A stretch of 63,934 nt of DNA, counting the filler, from Trypethelium eluteriae (Eukaryota): assembly GCA_051942245.1 (NCBI GenBank). It is 3 parts of 3 records of this genome, joined end to end, with 100 filler letters (N's around TTAATTAATTAA, not from the genome) between each part and the next. Parts side by side here need not be neighbours in the genome. Positions count along the whole stretch, not along the records: positions 1 to 21,850 come from JAVECL010000458.1; 2 more parts are not named here. One strand, written 5' to 3'. The notes under the pieces are model-generated. The model had not been told where the DNA came from and did no database searches. It was given only the letters and a program-made list of their open reading frames with translations. This document shows positions 1 through 11,796 of this stretch, in pieces. The position numbers were made by a program, and so were the translations under genes. How positions within the stretch are numbered: position 1 is the stretch's first letter; each line of letters starts with the position of its first letter.

Positions 1-3000
1 GGGGTCTATCATGGCGGGTGACCAGCTCCAAGTACCGGTGTGGGCAGCGTGGAAGCGGTGTGTGTCGGCGGTCCCGATGGAGCTTCACACTACCAGTGCT
101 ACCAGTGGTACCAACGCCCTTGCCTGGAGCGATGAAACACTCCTTCGAAGAGCTCAGAAACGAAGATGAACGAGCGGCGGAAGAGGGCGTCGCGACTGCT
201 GGTGGCAATGCGCAGCGGCTGAATCAAAGGAGCAAAGATTGTCCGGAAAGATGACGGAGGGAAGTGGTGAAAGCCTGGGGGATGCTTGCAATATGAAGAA
301 GCGAACGAAGCGAGAACTGGAGTGGGGGCGCCGGGGCAGGTCTGGGCGGGCAGACGAAGACAGACGAGGAGCGACGAGGAGAGCGCTGGGCTAGAGTGAG
401 ATCCCGTGGAGAAGGATATGCATTGCAGCCGGACCGGGATGCAATTCGCTGCCTCAATCAGCAAGCCTGCGAACTTTCGGGTACACCTGCATGTGCGTAC
501 GTTAATCAACGGGCCGCCTGCCAAATCCACTCGCCTAAGCCCCTCAGCAATGGGGAGACGCTTCTTATTTTTTGCTTTGAGGACGTTCGTTTGCTTTTGG
601 CCTCACCATCCGATCCCACTGTTTGGGCGTTGCTGGTGTGCGGATGGCGGATAACTACTCTACGACTCACTGCTGGGAGGGGGTTGGGATTGGAGAGAGA
701 TTAGAGATTGGAGATTTGGGGATTTCAGCGCCAGTCCCGCATTCCCCAAACCGGCTATGTCAACGTCCTGATCACGATTCACCACCGGCTAGGACCTCAC
801 GACCCCCATGCCATGATTGCAGCAGGAGTCAGAGGAGAATACTCCGTACTCGCCCATCGTGCAAACGACAAGGTGCGTTTGGAGCCAGTCGTTGGTGAAT
901 GGCTGCGATGGGCACTGTGCAGCCTCCCCTCGCCCTATAATATTGGCGACCGGGCTCTTGAGCACCTCTCCATATCCGTCAGGGTATTAACTACCGCTTT
1001 GCCCACGCTGCTGGGCCCTTTTTTGCACTTTTTTCCGCGACGTCACATTAACGTTAAGCTCCATCTCTCTCAGCCGTGTCATGATTACCACGCCGCTGCT
1101 GTTGCAACTAAAACAAAGTGATCCGTGGCTGAACAGTCTCCACCTGGGTACCTCGCCTTCCCCCCAGTTACCCCCATGCTGGGGTGCTGGCTTCCCATCG
1201 CTGGGATGATTTGCGCATGACTGATTTTACCGGCGGCAGACCAAAGCGAAGGGCCGCTCCGGAACCTAGATGAACCTAGGTACACCACTGAGACTAGACT
1301 AGATTGGCAAACGTGAGCCTCGGTGTCACCTGGCAGATCGTGTCGATCTGATAGAAATAGGTACAAGAGTACACCTCGTCCAAAATTGACTTCCCGATGC
1401 TTGACCCGCAAGTGTCATAATGCTATAAAGACGAACACGTCCGTTGGCGACCCGTTCTGACGGCTCAATCGTGCCGGATTGAAAAACGGGTATTCCCATC
1501 AATCAATGCCACCCCGTCTGACTATCCACTGCCGACTTGGGGTGGGAGAGGGGGGAGTTTGCAGCCAGCTCCCCGCTCCGCATCAGACGATGGCCGTGGT
1601 GGTAGTGCCAATTGGCAGGAGCGTTTGTTGAGCCCGCTGCCTTTCGCTCATCCTCTGCGCCCCAAGCGGGTGGAATGAGTATATCGATGGTGTCATGAAG
1701 AGGAGCGGCGAAAAAGCAGGGAAAAGAGAGGGTGTGAGTCTATCGGAACACACCGCTCTCTGGCCTGGAAACCTTGATGGCATGTTGGGCGACAAAAATG
1801 GTGAAATGAGGGGCTGTTTGGCTCGTAGCGTGCAGTTCGCGATCCGCCCGAACGGCACCGACAATCTGGACGAGACGGGGGACGAGACGAGCCACGGCCT
1901 GATACAGAGCACCTCCTTGTTCCACGCGTGGGAAAAGATGCTCCCATCCGACGTGTTCTTTGGTCAATCGGAGTGCTTCGCATCGCTGCATCTGACATGA
2001 ATTTCTGCCTGTTTACTAAGGTTATGCACCGGTCATGTTGTGCTGCAAGCGCCTGCTCGGCATATCATGAAAGACACAACGATAGATTGTAGATGACGAA
2101 TCTTTCTCTGGCGCATGAAGATGCGGACCAAAGACGGTGAGAGCCCGAGATTGCAGCCATGAATTGTGCCTCTGTTTGTGTGGGTTGAATGACGACATGG
2201 GGGAAAAGATGAGTGCACCGAGTGTATCCAAAGACTTGCCGAGAACATCTTCCCTCGCCGTGGCTTTGGTGGCTTTCTTTCGCGACGGCCCGCAAGCCAA
2301 TCAATCCTGGGAAGGCTGATCAGTGCCCAATCTGAGCGAATCCCTGCTCTACGCCGTTGTTCGCCCGACCTTGCCTTCGCAGATTGGCCCAAGGATCTTG
2401 ACGAGCGTGATGAGCGTGATGGGATTCTTGCTCCCGCCTGAATCGCAAGCGTCGGGAAGGATTCGCTTCTCACCAGTTCCATCCAAATCCAGTAATCGCA
2501 TTCGTGCTTAGCAGCCTGAGACGGCGGCCCAGCCTCATGGATGCCCGAAGACAATGACCACAGTGACGCCTTGCGTAGATAAATTTAAGCCCTCCACACC
2601 AGCCTCAGACCGCATTGCATCGAGTCACTGTGCATCGCGATTGTGCTCGATTGTGGCGCTGGGCGAGAATGGAGGAAGTGGGATCCCATGGCTGGCGTTT
2701 GATGCAGTCATCCCATCCTCGGGCTGTTTTCTTGAAAGAAGGAATTGATGGGTTGCACTGAGACAATAAGCTGAGCCGAGCCAACGCCTGCTTTACGGAG
2801 TACCGTTTCTTGGATTCCGCCGTCCCTAATCACGTTTTGCACAACGTCTTTCAGACTAAACGAAGAGCCCCTCGTGCTATACGGAATCGGACGGAATTTG
2901 GCACTGCCGCACAAGTTGTCATGAATAATAGTAATGTCGGAAGGGCACAGGAGACTCGAAAACAAGATAATCATTGCTAGCTCAGTGTCTTGTCCAGACA

Positions 3001-3449
3001 CGCGGCTCGTTGGGTGCTAAGAAACGCCCATTGAGAAAAGCTACTACTAATTCTTCTCCGATATCCTACTGGGATCATATCCGTAAACCTTTGTAAGTTG
3101 TTTGTGTCAATGCACGCATGATGACCCTCTGTAAAATGTCTGAAGCTCACAATGTATGGCTGCCTTGATATGGCACCGACAAGTTTCATTCCAGCCTTCG
3201 TTGCTATTCTGCGCACTTCTGGTGGTTTCATCGCAGAAAGAAGCTCGAAATTTGTAAACTTCGGCCTTAGCTTGCGAAGTTTAAAAAATCTAGAGCATGA
3301 TAGGAATACGCCTTAAAGGCCATGGAGACCTCACGTACTCCGTAACGCTAGAAGCACCGAATGTCCCTTTGACCGCATTTGGCTTGACCAACGCCAAGGA
3401 ATGCATATCAACTGAACACATTCTCCCAGATCCGGAAAGATATAATTCC

Positions 3450-4628
3450 TTATCTTTCGAGTTTCACCTCCTCCATATTCGCATCATCTTCCTCTTCCTC
3501 CTCGTCGTCAGGAGGTCGCTCTTCCTTGATATTGGTGCCTTCAGGGAGATTTGTAACATATTCTTCTTTCAACGTCCACAAATTAGAAAAGGGACCACTC
3601 TTGACCATGTACGCAATCTCCTGAAGGGTATCCCTAAGGAATGTCTCAGGCTGTTTCGTCCTGACCCGCAGTTGTTTCATTGGCCAGTACTTGTATTCCG
3701 TAAATAAATCAATAAGCCAGGGTATGAGATCTTCCTGCGAGATGCGAACGTTTTTGTTCTCCTGCGACTTCTTTGGCTTCCAGGCTGCGGGCACCTGTGA
3801 GATTTGTTAGTGGAAGGCAATAGATTTGAGGATTCCAGGACTGACAATGAAGCCTTGCATCTGTGACTTTTGGCTGTTGTACAACAGTCGAGCCTCGTTC
3901 TGCTGATCCGGTTGGAGAAATCTAGTAGTATGCTTTGGCTGGAATAACTTCCTCATCCGCTCGTCCATCAGTCGCCTGTACTCGGCGTTTTCGAGCGCTA
4001 CGCAGTTTACTTCGTGACAGGCAGGTCCAACCAAAGTCGTTTGCTCTGTGTTCATTCTGTTAACGGATAGTTGCGCATCCTTCATTGCGCGACATACTTG
4101 GAATTGAGTTTGCGAACTGTTTCCTTCGTTTGCTGTCTGGGCCAGACTCAGAACCTGCGCCGAAAAACGCCCTCTTCTGTCCTGCGCTCTGGGATTTGTA
4201 TCCTGGCTGATTCTTTTCCGAAAAGACGTAGGTGTTCTTCGCTTTATCGTTTACAACACGTAAGTCGTAAGCCTTCGGTACCTCTTGAAATTCCCTTCTT
4301 TCGTCAAGATCCAATTTCACCTTGGATCAGAGCCATCAGTAATTGCGCGAGAAGTAGACATATCCCAAATGCTGACCTTTTCACCATCTGGCTTATTCCA
4401 GATCCTCATCGTACCAATTTTTATCTCGTCGTCGTCATTCAGAGTGGACAAAGCTTCCCAGAGATAGTCTGGCACTCTGCTCAACCATAACCCATTTCCG
4501 GTAGGAGGCATAGCGAGTTCTCCTGTATCCTCATACTCGTCATCGTCATCGACATTGGTTGAGGGGTAGCCCTCCATCTCTGACTTGAAGGTTGGACCCT
4601 CTTCTTCTTTGATGCCGATGCCGTTCAT
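3450..4628 (-). CDS. TFG2: Transcription initiation factor TFIIF beta subunit (Rap30/Tfg2), 4 exons
   Basis: ORF pieces 4317-4736, 4060-4320, 3807-4085 and 3450-3794 join through GT-AG introns. Motifs: LWLSRVPDYLWEAL, IKIGTMRIW, VPKAYDLRV, CHEVNCVA, and winged-helix C-terminus LIDLFTEYKYWPMKQLRVRTKQPETFLRDTLQEIA...WTLKEEY. ATG at 4628 (MNGIGIKEE). Confidence 0.93.
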
Positions 4629-4974
4629 GATGGCGGATTTATGAGAGCGAGGTAGGCGTGACGTCACGGGGATCTCAGAGTGCTGCGACGTGAGTGTAAT
4701 TGTCTCGGTATGGTAGAGGCGATGCAGAAGCTCCAAGAATCCGAGATGTAGTGAGTACCTTAGGTAAGGTGTTTAACGTAAGGTAGCACGAGCTCATGCG
4801 GAATTGAGCCTCACATGCGGCGCCATCGTTTTGTCCAGGTCTTCTGCCTGACATGAGCTCACTGCATCCGCACCTCACCCCCGGCGGTTTCCCCGATCAT
4901 GCAGCTCCGACTCTGTTCCTTGATATCACAGAAACAAAAAACTCCGTCTCCACAAGACGGCATTGTGCGGAAAT
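4629..4974. promoter_or_regulatory. Compact bidirectional promoter between TFG2 and CSN4
   Basis: Only about 346 bp separate the head-to-head ATGs. Contains the palindrome GTGACGTCAC (CRE/ATF-like, ~4658-4667). Confidence 0.55.
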
Positions 4975-6255
4975 ATGGATTCGACACCCCTTGCATCGGC
5001 TGAAATAGCTTCGGCCATTCAGCAATTAGAATCGTCGAATACTCCAAACAAAGCTCAATCGTACAGCCAACTGCTGCGCAAAATACTCGATAGCTCCACG
5101 CCAGATACTCTCGCACCAAATCTCATCGCTTATATAGAGTCGATCTTGGGGGATACACTTGGGATTGTGGCATCAAGACCTCTGCTTTCCGAGTTTGCAG
5201 AGTGCTTTAAGGAGCTTAAGAACCCGGAAGTCAAGGTCGAAGTTGGTCAACGCGCTTTCGAGATCCTACATCCAAGAGCAGGATCCTTCGAAGAGCAAGA
5301 CACAGCAATCAAAGAAAGCGTTGCTCAAGCCTACCAGCAAGAAGAAGACTACGTTTCTGCTGCTCGTGTTCTCCAGAGTATCACCCTCGATTCCCCACAA
5401 CGTCGTGTCTCCGCCGACTACAAAGCCGAACTTTGGATACGTATTGTACGGTGCTATCTTGAGGAGGAAGACCCTACTTCGGCAAATGGCTACCTCAATC
5501 GAGTTAAAAATATTCTCCCAGACGTTCAGAACCGGGAAACCCGTGTTCACTTCCACCTCTGTCAAGCGCGTATTCTCGACTCGCAGCGACAATTCCTCGA
5601 TGCCAGCTCAGCTTACCTGGCGATCAGCCTGGAGCCGATGGTTGAGGAGGAAGAGCGTCTTACAACCCTTTCGGAAGCCATTAAATGTGCCGTCCTTGCT
5701 CCGGCAGGCCCTCAGCGTTCTCGGACGCTCGCACGGCTATACAAAGATGATCGGGCTACATCGACGGAAGAGCATGCGATCCTGGAGAAAATTTTCCTTG
5801 ATCGATTGCTCGAGCCTGCAGAGGTAAAGGCTTTTGCAGACAAGCTAAAACCACATCAGCTCGCCCTTACAGCGGACGGCTCAACGGTCCTCGACAAGGC
5901 TATCCTCGATCACAATCTTCTGGCAGCTAGTAGGCTATATGCCAATATCCATATTGATGCTTTGGCAGGGCTTCTGGGGGTGGACAGAGAGCGTGCAGAG
6001 CGAGATGCGGCGAAGATGATTGAGCAAGGGCGTTTAGCCGGCCACATTGACCAGATTGAAGAAGTAGTATTCTTCGGAGGAGAAGGAACTGGCGAGAAGT
6101 TACAGGCTGGTCAAAGTCAAGGGGATACCACGTTTGGGAGTGCTTTAAAGAAATGGGATGCCAACGTGCAAGGATTGGCGGAGGAGGTGGAGCGAGTTAC
6201 AACGATGCTGCAGAATGAGCATCCAGAGTTCTACGAGGCTCATATGGTCCATTGA
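4975..6255 (+). CDS. CSN4: COP9 signalosome subunit 4 (PCI domain), intronless
   Basis: SFEEQD, CQARILDSQRQFLDAS, CAVLAPAGPQRSRTLARLYKDDR, DGSTVLDKAILDHNLLAASRLYANI, MIEQGRLAGHIDQIEEVVFF are characteristic of CSN4. First ATG at 4975. Confidence 0.95.
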   Translation: MDSTPLASAEIASAIQQLESSNTPNKAQSYSQLLRKILDSSTPDTLAPNLIAYIESILGDTLGIVASRPLLSEFAECFKELKNPEVKVEVGQRAFEILHPRAGSFEEQDTAIKESVAQAYQQEEDYVSAARVLQSITLDSPQRRVSADYKAELWIRIVRCYLEEEDPTSANGYLNRVKNILPDVQNRETRVHFHLCQARILDSQRQFLDASSAYLAISLEPMVEEEERLTTLSEAIKCAVLAPAGPQRSRTLARLYKDDRATSTEEHAILEKIFLDRLLEPAEVKAFADKLKPHQLALTADGSTVLDKAILDHNLLAASRLYANIHIDALAGLLGVDRERAERDAAKMIEQGRLAGHIDQIEEVVFFGGEGTGEKLQAGQSQGDTTFGSALKKWDANVQGLAEEVERVTTMLQNEHPEFYEAHMVH

Positions 6256-6758
6256 TTAATGCCGATTAATTTCTCGGCATGAGGCCGTCTGTACTTGCAA
6301 TCCTTCGGGACATGGTACGATTACGGAAGCATAGCGAGAGGCGTTCACAGGGGTAATGGAGAAAAGCACGGGTCTATGCAGTGAGCTACCATATCAAAAT
6401 TTTAGAGTTCGAAGATACGCGAGTTTCCTTAAGCAGGCATATTCTTATAGACATGCGCAGATTCTAGATATCCATCTTTAGGTTCTGCCCGACGAAAAAG
6501 ATATAGAGTACGATAGTGGGGCTCTGAAGTACCCCGCCGACGTCATCTCACAATGTCGGATCGATCAGAGGTTCCAAATAACTCAATATCCATACGAGTA
6601 AAAGAGCAAACTTCACTCCTGAGTTTGGCGCCGGAAATCCATCGAGCTAGAATTCCCAGCTCGATTTTTGACACATTTCGGCGAGTATTCGGAGATTTGC
6701 CAGCCCACGTGCTCTGCCAAACCTCCAACGGAATCCCGCTTCCCTTATCCCGTCAATA

Positions 6759-7796
6759 ATGCCTCCAGCCGCCATCATCAATCCCTCAATCCTGAGTGCC
6801 GACTTCGCCAAGCTCGGTGCTGAGTGCGAGCGTATCATGCGCGATGGCAGCGACTGGATCCACGTCGATATCATGGATGGCCATTTCGTGCCCAACATGA
6901 CTTTCGGACCACCCGTTGTCTCCAAGATCCGACCGCATGTGGAGAGGCCGACGGCAGCTAAGGGGAGGGGCACATTTGATTGTCATATGATGATTGCGGA
7001 AGTATGTTGCGTTCTGTAAACTTTCCGTTTTTCAGATTTCCTTGGATGGATATGATTTTTGTTTGCTCTGGACGGGATGACCTATTGTTCATTTTCGTTG
7101 CATGAAAAACATTACCGTCTTTGGGGAGCCCAGATTGCTGAGATGAGCTGGCTGATATAGATGATTCGAGGTTAGCCCAAAAAATGGGTGAAAGAATTCC
7201 AAAAAGCGGGATGTGACCTCTATTGCTTCCATTACGAAGCCGCCATTTCCTCTACTGCAGCCGAGTCTCCGGAAACAACGTCTGCCGCGAAGACGGACCC
7301 TAAAGATATGATCAAGTATATCCATTCTCTAGGCATGCAGGCCGGCATTGCGATCAAACCGAAGACAGACGTTGACGTATTATGGGAGATCCTTGACAAC
7401 CCAGAGAAATCCGAAGTCCCAGATGTATGATCTCTCCTTTCCCTTGGCATACTGTTGATACCCTCGCGTCCTACCTTTCCCCTTCTTTCTTTCTTCATTT
7501 GATTGCCATTAAGCGTTCTATTCTCATTAATGTCCTAGATGGTCCTTGTCATGACCGTTGAGCCCGGCTTTGGTGGCCAGAAATTCATGGCAGATATGAT
7601 GCCCAAAGTCTCCGCCCTCCGGCAACGGTACCCGTCGCTTGACATAGAGGTTGACGGTGGACTATCTGGCAGCACAGTAGATACAGCGGCAGAGGCAGGG
7701 GCGAATGTGATTGTGGCTGGAAGCGCAGTCTTTGGAGCCAAGGATGCGGGTGAGGTAATTACTGTGCTGAGGGGGGCCGTGGAGAAGCGGCGGTGA
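6759..7796 (+). CDS. RPE1: D-ribulose-5-phosphate 3-epimerase, 3 exons
   Basis: [86 protein letters not shown]. Intron 1 is 7002-7175; intron 2 is ~7426-7538. Confidence 0.97.
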
Positions 7797-8017
7797 CTGT
7801 CAGGGGGTCGACTATGACTATGGGTAGAATGACTTCAGTCAGGGAGCTGATGGAAAAGGTATACCAGTATGTACAGAGAGAATCCAGAGAAAAAGAATGC
7901 GATGCGCTATAAATATTCGCTCGCTCTTCTGAGTTCTCTATGGACGTATGATGCTCTAAGGTCTAAGCACATGAGCCATGTTCTCTGTGTCATTCGCACC
8001 ATCTCATCCTCGTCCTT

Positions 8018-10068
8018 TCAAAACTCGAATTCTCCCCTAAATGTCTCCACATCCATGCCTGGCCCCACCTTATCGCCCAGATCCCTACGCCCCATGTGGC
8101 TAAAAACACGCCTCAACGTATCATACAGATTCGTGCTCTGATTCTGCTGCACCAACCTCTCCAACTCCCTCTCATCCAAAACCCCTTTCCCATCCGGACC
8201 CCCCGTATCCCCAATGACCTGCCTCACCCTCTCCGCCCCCTCCCTCTCCACCACGCGATGCATCGCCAACGCGCCAAGCAAATGCTGCGCCGCCTCCTCG
8301 TAGCAGCCAATATTAATACAGCTAACCCCCAAATTATACCTCGCCCTCACGAAATTCGGGCGCAGCTCCAACGCCCGCTCATACGCCTGAATCGCCTGCT
8401 CGCTGCTCCCGGAATTCGCTAGCGTCGCGCCCAGCCGGTTCCACAGGAGATGCAGCTGGTCGCCGCGGTTCGCGATGCCGGCCTCGGACGACGCGAGCGC
8501 GGCGCTGAAGCAGTCGATCGCCTTGTCGTACTCCTCCGCGCCGTAGAACAGCACGCCCAGCCCGACCTGCACGTCCGGGTCCATGCTGTCGCCCGACGGC
8601 GACCGCTGCGCCGCTGCGATGAAGAGGTCCGTCACCCGCTGCTGGAGGAGGTGGCGCTCCGTGAAGCCTAGGTCGTCGCCAGGGCCGCCGGAGAGGGCGG
8701 GGCTGGGTGCGAGGTCGGGGTATTTGGTTGAGAGCCAGCGCTCGAGCGTGCGGTAGGCGGTGCTGTCGTAGCCTTCGTTAGTGTAGGATACTGCGAGCCC
8801 CATCAGCGCTTCGAGGTTGGATGGGTCTAGCTTGAGGGCTTGTTCGAGGGCGCGGATGGCGGGAGATTCTTTTTCGTTTTGAGCTTGGGCGGCGCCGAGC
8901 CGGACCCAGGCGTCGGTGTGGGAGGGGTCTTTTTGGACGGCGGCTTCGAAGGCGAGGGCGGCAAGGGAGAGGTTGCCACCTTCACGCATGATGATGAGGC
9001 CTTCGTTGAAAGGGTCATGGAGGTCATTGAAGGGGTTTTCTTGCTCAAAGAGGTAGTTGCCAAGTTCGGGTGCTTGGGTTGGGAGGTGGGTGTTGAGACC
9101 ATCAAAGCCTTCGAAACGTTCGAAATCGTCACCGAGGTGCATACCATCTGCGAAGCGTTCTTCGTTGACGAGTTCTCTAGCAGCGGCGGTCTCAGCTTGG
9201 ATTCCTCGCCATAAACTCTCGAAATCCCCGAAATCGTTCGTCTCAGAGGGAACTGACCTGTCCAAGTCATTCAATTGTCTCTCCATTGCTTCGCGTGCTT
9301 CCTCGTCGAGAATCTCGAGATCTTCCTGGTTTGTTTCAAGTTCTTTGAATTGCGTCTCCCAGTCATTGTCATCTAGTTCAATCATACGACCCTTGCCCTT
9401 GCTCTCTACCTCCGGTTTCCGCATTCCCACACCGCTATACGATTGAGGCATCATACCCATGCTTATACCCATCCCATTCATTCCCATGCTATAGCCCATT
9501 CCCAGCGGCCGTTGGTATGTATTCATGGCTGGTGGCGATTTTGTTTGAGCTTCTCTTACTGCGCCGCCGTTCTGGACATGCTGGTATCTTGCAAACTCGG
9601 CAGGGTTAAACCCATTGTTGCGTAGCGAAGGATGTCGTATTGTGGTCTCTTCTATGCCTGGATTGAACTCAGACGCCCATTGTGACTGTGATGTTGGTCT
9701 TTGCTGTGTTGTCTGTTCCAAATCCCGCCGCATCTGCTCCATGGCAAAGGGTGAAGCAGGACCTGGACCTTGTGGTATCTGGCCTTGTTGCTGCATGAAG
9801 TCGTTCATCATCTACAGATGGCACAGTCAGTAAACATCGCCTTCACCAGAGATACCAACTCCACAAATATGAGATCTCTCGATGGAGTACCCACATGATC
9901 TTGACTTCCCGGTGCCATTCCTTGGCTCCGCATACCCTCCTGCAGACCACCCGGTCCCCTTCCAACAAGTCTATCTCTTTGTAGTGTTTTGTCATCTTGC
10001 ACATGCTTAGTGAATTGACTGAGAGGGTTTCCGGCCGTCGAGCATTCTGCCCCGCCGAGAAATGACAT
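8018..10068 (-). CDS. PEX5: Peroxisomal targeting signal 1 receptor (TPR protein), 2 exons
   Basis: N-terminus MSFLGGAECSTAGNPL with the conserved Cys. WxxxF motifs (WASEF, WETQF). TPRs ALAFEAAVQKDP..AW..LGAAQAQNEKE, LWNRLGATLANSG, RPNFVRARYNLGVSCINIG. Ends FRGEFEF. Confidence 0.97.
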
Positions 10069-11796
10069 AGTAAGATGGTCGAGGAATTGTCCTGGTAACG
10101 AGAAGGGACCGGAGGAGTTCGCTGGGGGACGAAGGGTTAGGTAGTTAAAAAGATGAAGGCGAGGTTTTGATGTTCTTGCTTACCTAGGTACGTAATTTAC
10201 CTACCCACCTACCCAGGTACTTCTGAGAGCCGAGATGGCTGGCGCCGAGGCAAGGGTCAGGGCTTTGCGGATACTCTAAGACCAGATAGCCTCCGGCAGA
10301 ACCCCACGACGTCACAATTCACCCCCCTCATCAAATTTACTAGGGGAGCTACAATTTCACCGTTACCGTTTTACACATTTTTTAAGATTTGTCGCCTACA
10401 ATTTATCGCTTTCGCCAACCATAACGGCCAGCCATCTTTCGTGAATACCGTATCTATTCCTTCTCCGGCATTGCTACTTACTGCTCTTTCATTCGCGGCA
10501 TGCACTGCGTCATTTTGAACATCACGAAACACCCAGCACGGCACTGGGTCTTCGTATCCTCAATTTGACCCGACCTTCTGGTCTACTTACATGAGAGGCG
10601 TTGTGCGTCGCGTTGAGCAGATGAAGCCAACCGTCCGCGCCAAATCCAAGCGGCACAGGATCTTTTGAAAGGAATCGGAATGCATAACCCTCATCCAACA
10701 CTCGTACATGACACTCACCCGGTATCTAGATCAGGAACTGATCGAGAGCTGGCTCAGCTTTGCTACGTGGAGCAAGCCGAGTTAGATTTGTTTCATCTTT
10801 CATGATCGGAGGACCCTAGCCTTCTCGAGACAATGAATTAATGTCACGTAGCAATCTCCCGTAAGGACTCCTTACATAGCGTGGATAGGTAAGAAGTGTA
10901 TCCTCTTTCGACGATTCTATGTTGTCAAGACATTTGGACAAAGCTTCAGACACCATGAACAATTGCTACATTCTTAACCCTCGTATAGGCGAACAACATC
11001 AGATGTTCGAGCTCGAAAAATTGAGAGTGCTTTCCTTTATGTACGATGCTCTAACAGACCATTCCGGATATGACAACGGAATTCTTGGTGATGAATCACG
11101 ATTTCTTGCCTGATTGCATGCTCGAAGTACTATCTAGGCGCAGATTTGTCAAAGGCACAAGCTTAATTCAGTCTTACCAAAAACTCGGTAGGTCTTATCG
11201 ATGATTGGAGCGTGCATAAGACTACCGTGCCACCAATACAAGGCTTGCATCGTTGATTTGAAATTTACGGTCACCGCAACACATTGACTGAAGTTGAGCC
11301 TGAACTTTGCATAATTAATTTGGCTTCTAATTCTTGTACAACGTTTGTCAATTTCGTTATCCGCCCCAAGATAAATACGAAGCAGCAAGGACTTGACACT
11401 TTGGAAAACTGAAGCGCGTTTGGCAATGAATACTTCATCAGAACCTTTCAATCTAATCAGTTACAATAAGTAAAGTCATGTGAACGATTTATCCAGATCA
11501 TTTGAGTCTCTGGGGAATTTTGTAGGGGAAAATTCGATGGTGAGAATCTGAGACCTAGCATAGAAGCTATGCCGTGTTGGTGTGCGGTGGCTTGCTATGG
11601 CTTCCAGCCCTTCCTCTTCGGTATGTAAGAAACTTCTAGAAATCCCAGTCGTCTCATTGAACAACGTACCGCCGCTGTTAACAAGCACTTTTGCCTTTGA
11701 ACCAACTATTTCATTGTCATACAGTCTGAGATACTAATCCATCCTATACCAGATATCAACACAGGTCGCTTTTACTCCCCTCTCACGGCTTCTTCA

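Noticed and set aside
1..12. Possible start of a minus-strand gene (CCGCC-ATG ATA GAC CCC, MIDP) with a long upstream leader
   Set aside because: Only four codons are inside the window, which is not enough to support or name a gene.
18..3400. Numerous 60-170 aa ORFs on both strands
   Set aside because: Mutually overlapping with no recognisable motifs; consistent with GC-rich UTR or promoter sequence.
7002..7175. U14-like or other C/D snoRNA in the long RPE1 intron 1 (TTCCTTGGATG at 7038-7048 is complementary to 18S CATCCAAGGAA)
   Set aside because: No D box (CTGA) directly follows the match, there is no U14 domain A, and a near-identical 10-mer occurs at ~55167, so chance is plausible. An Rfam or snoscan search would settle it.
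10380..11700. Possible snoRNA host transcript or decayed ORFs upstream of the HET gene
   Set aside because: No well-formed C/D or H/ACA box pair with an rRNA guide was identified, and the ORFs lack motifs.
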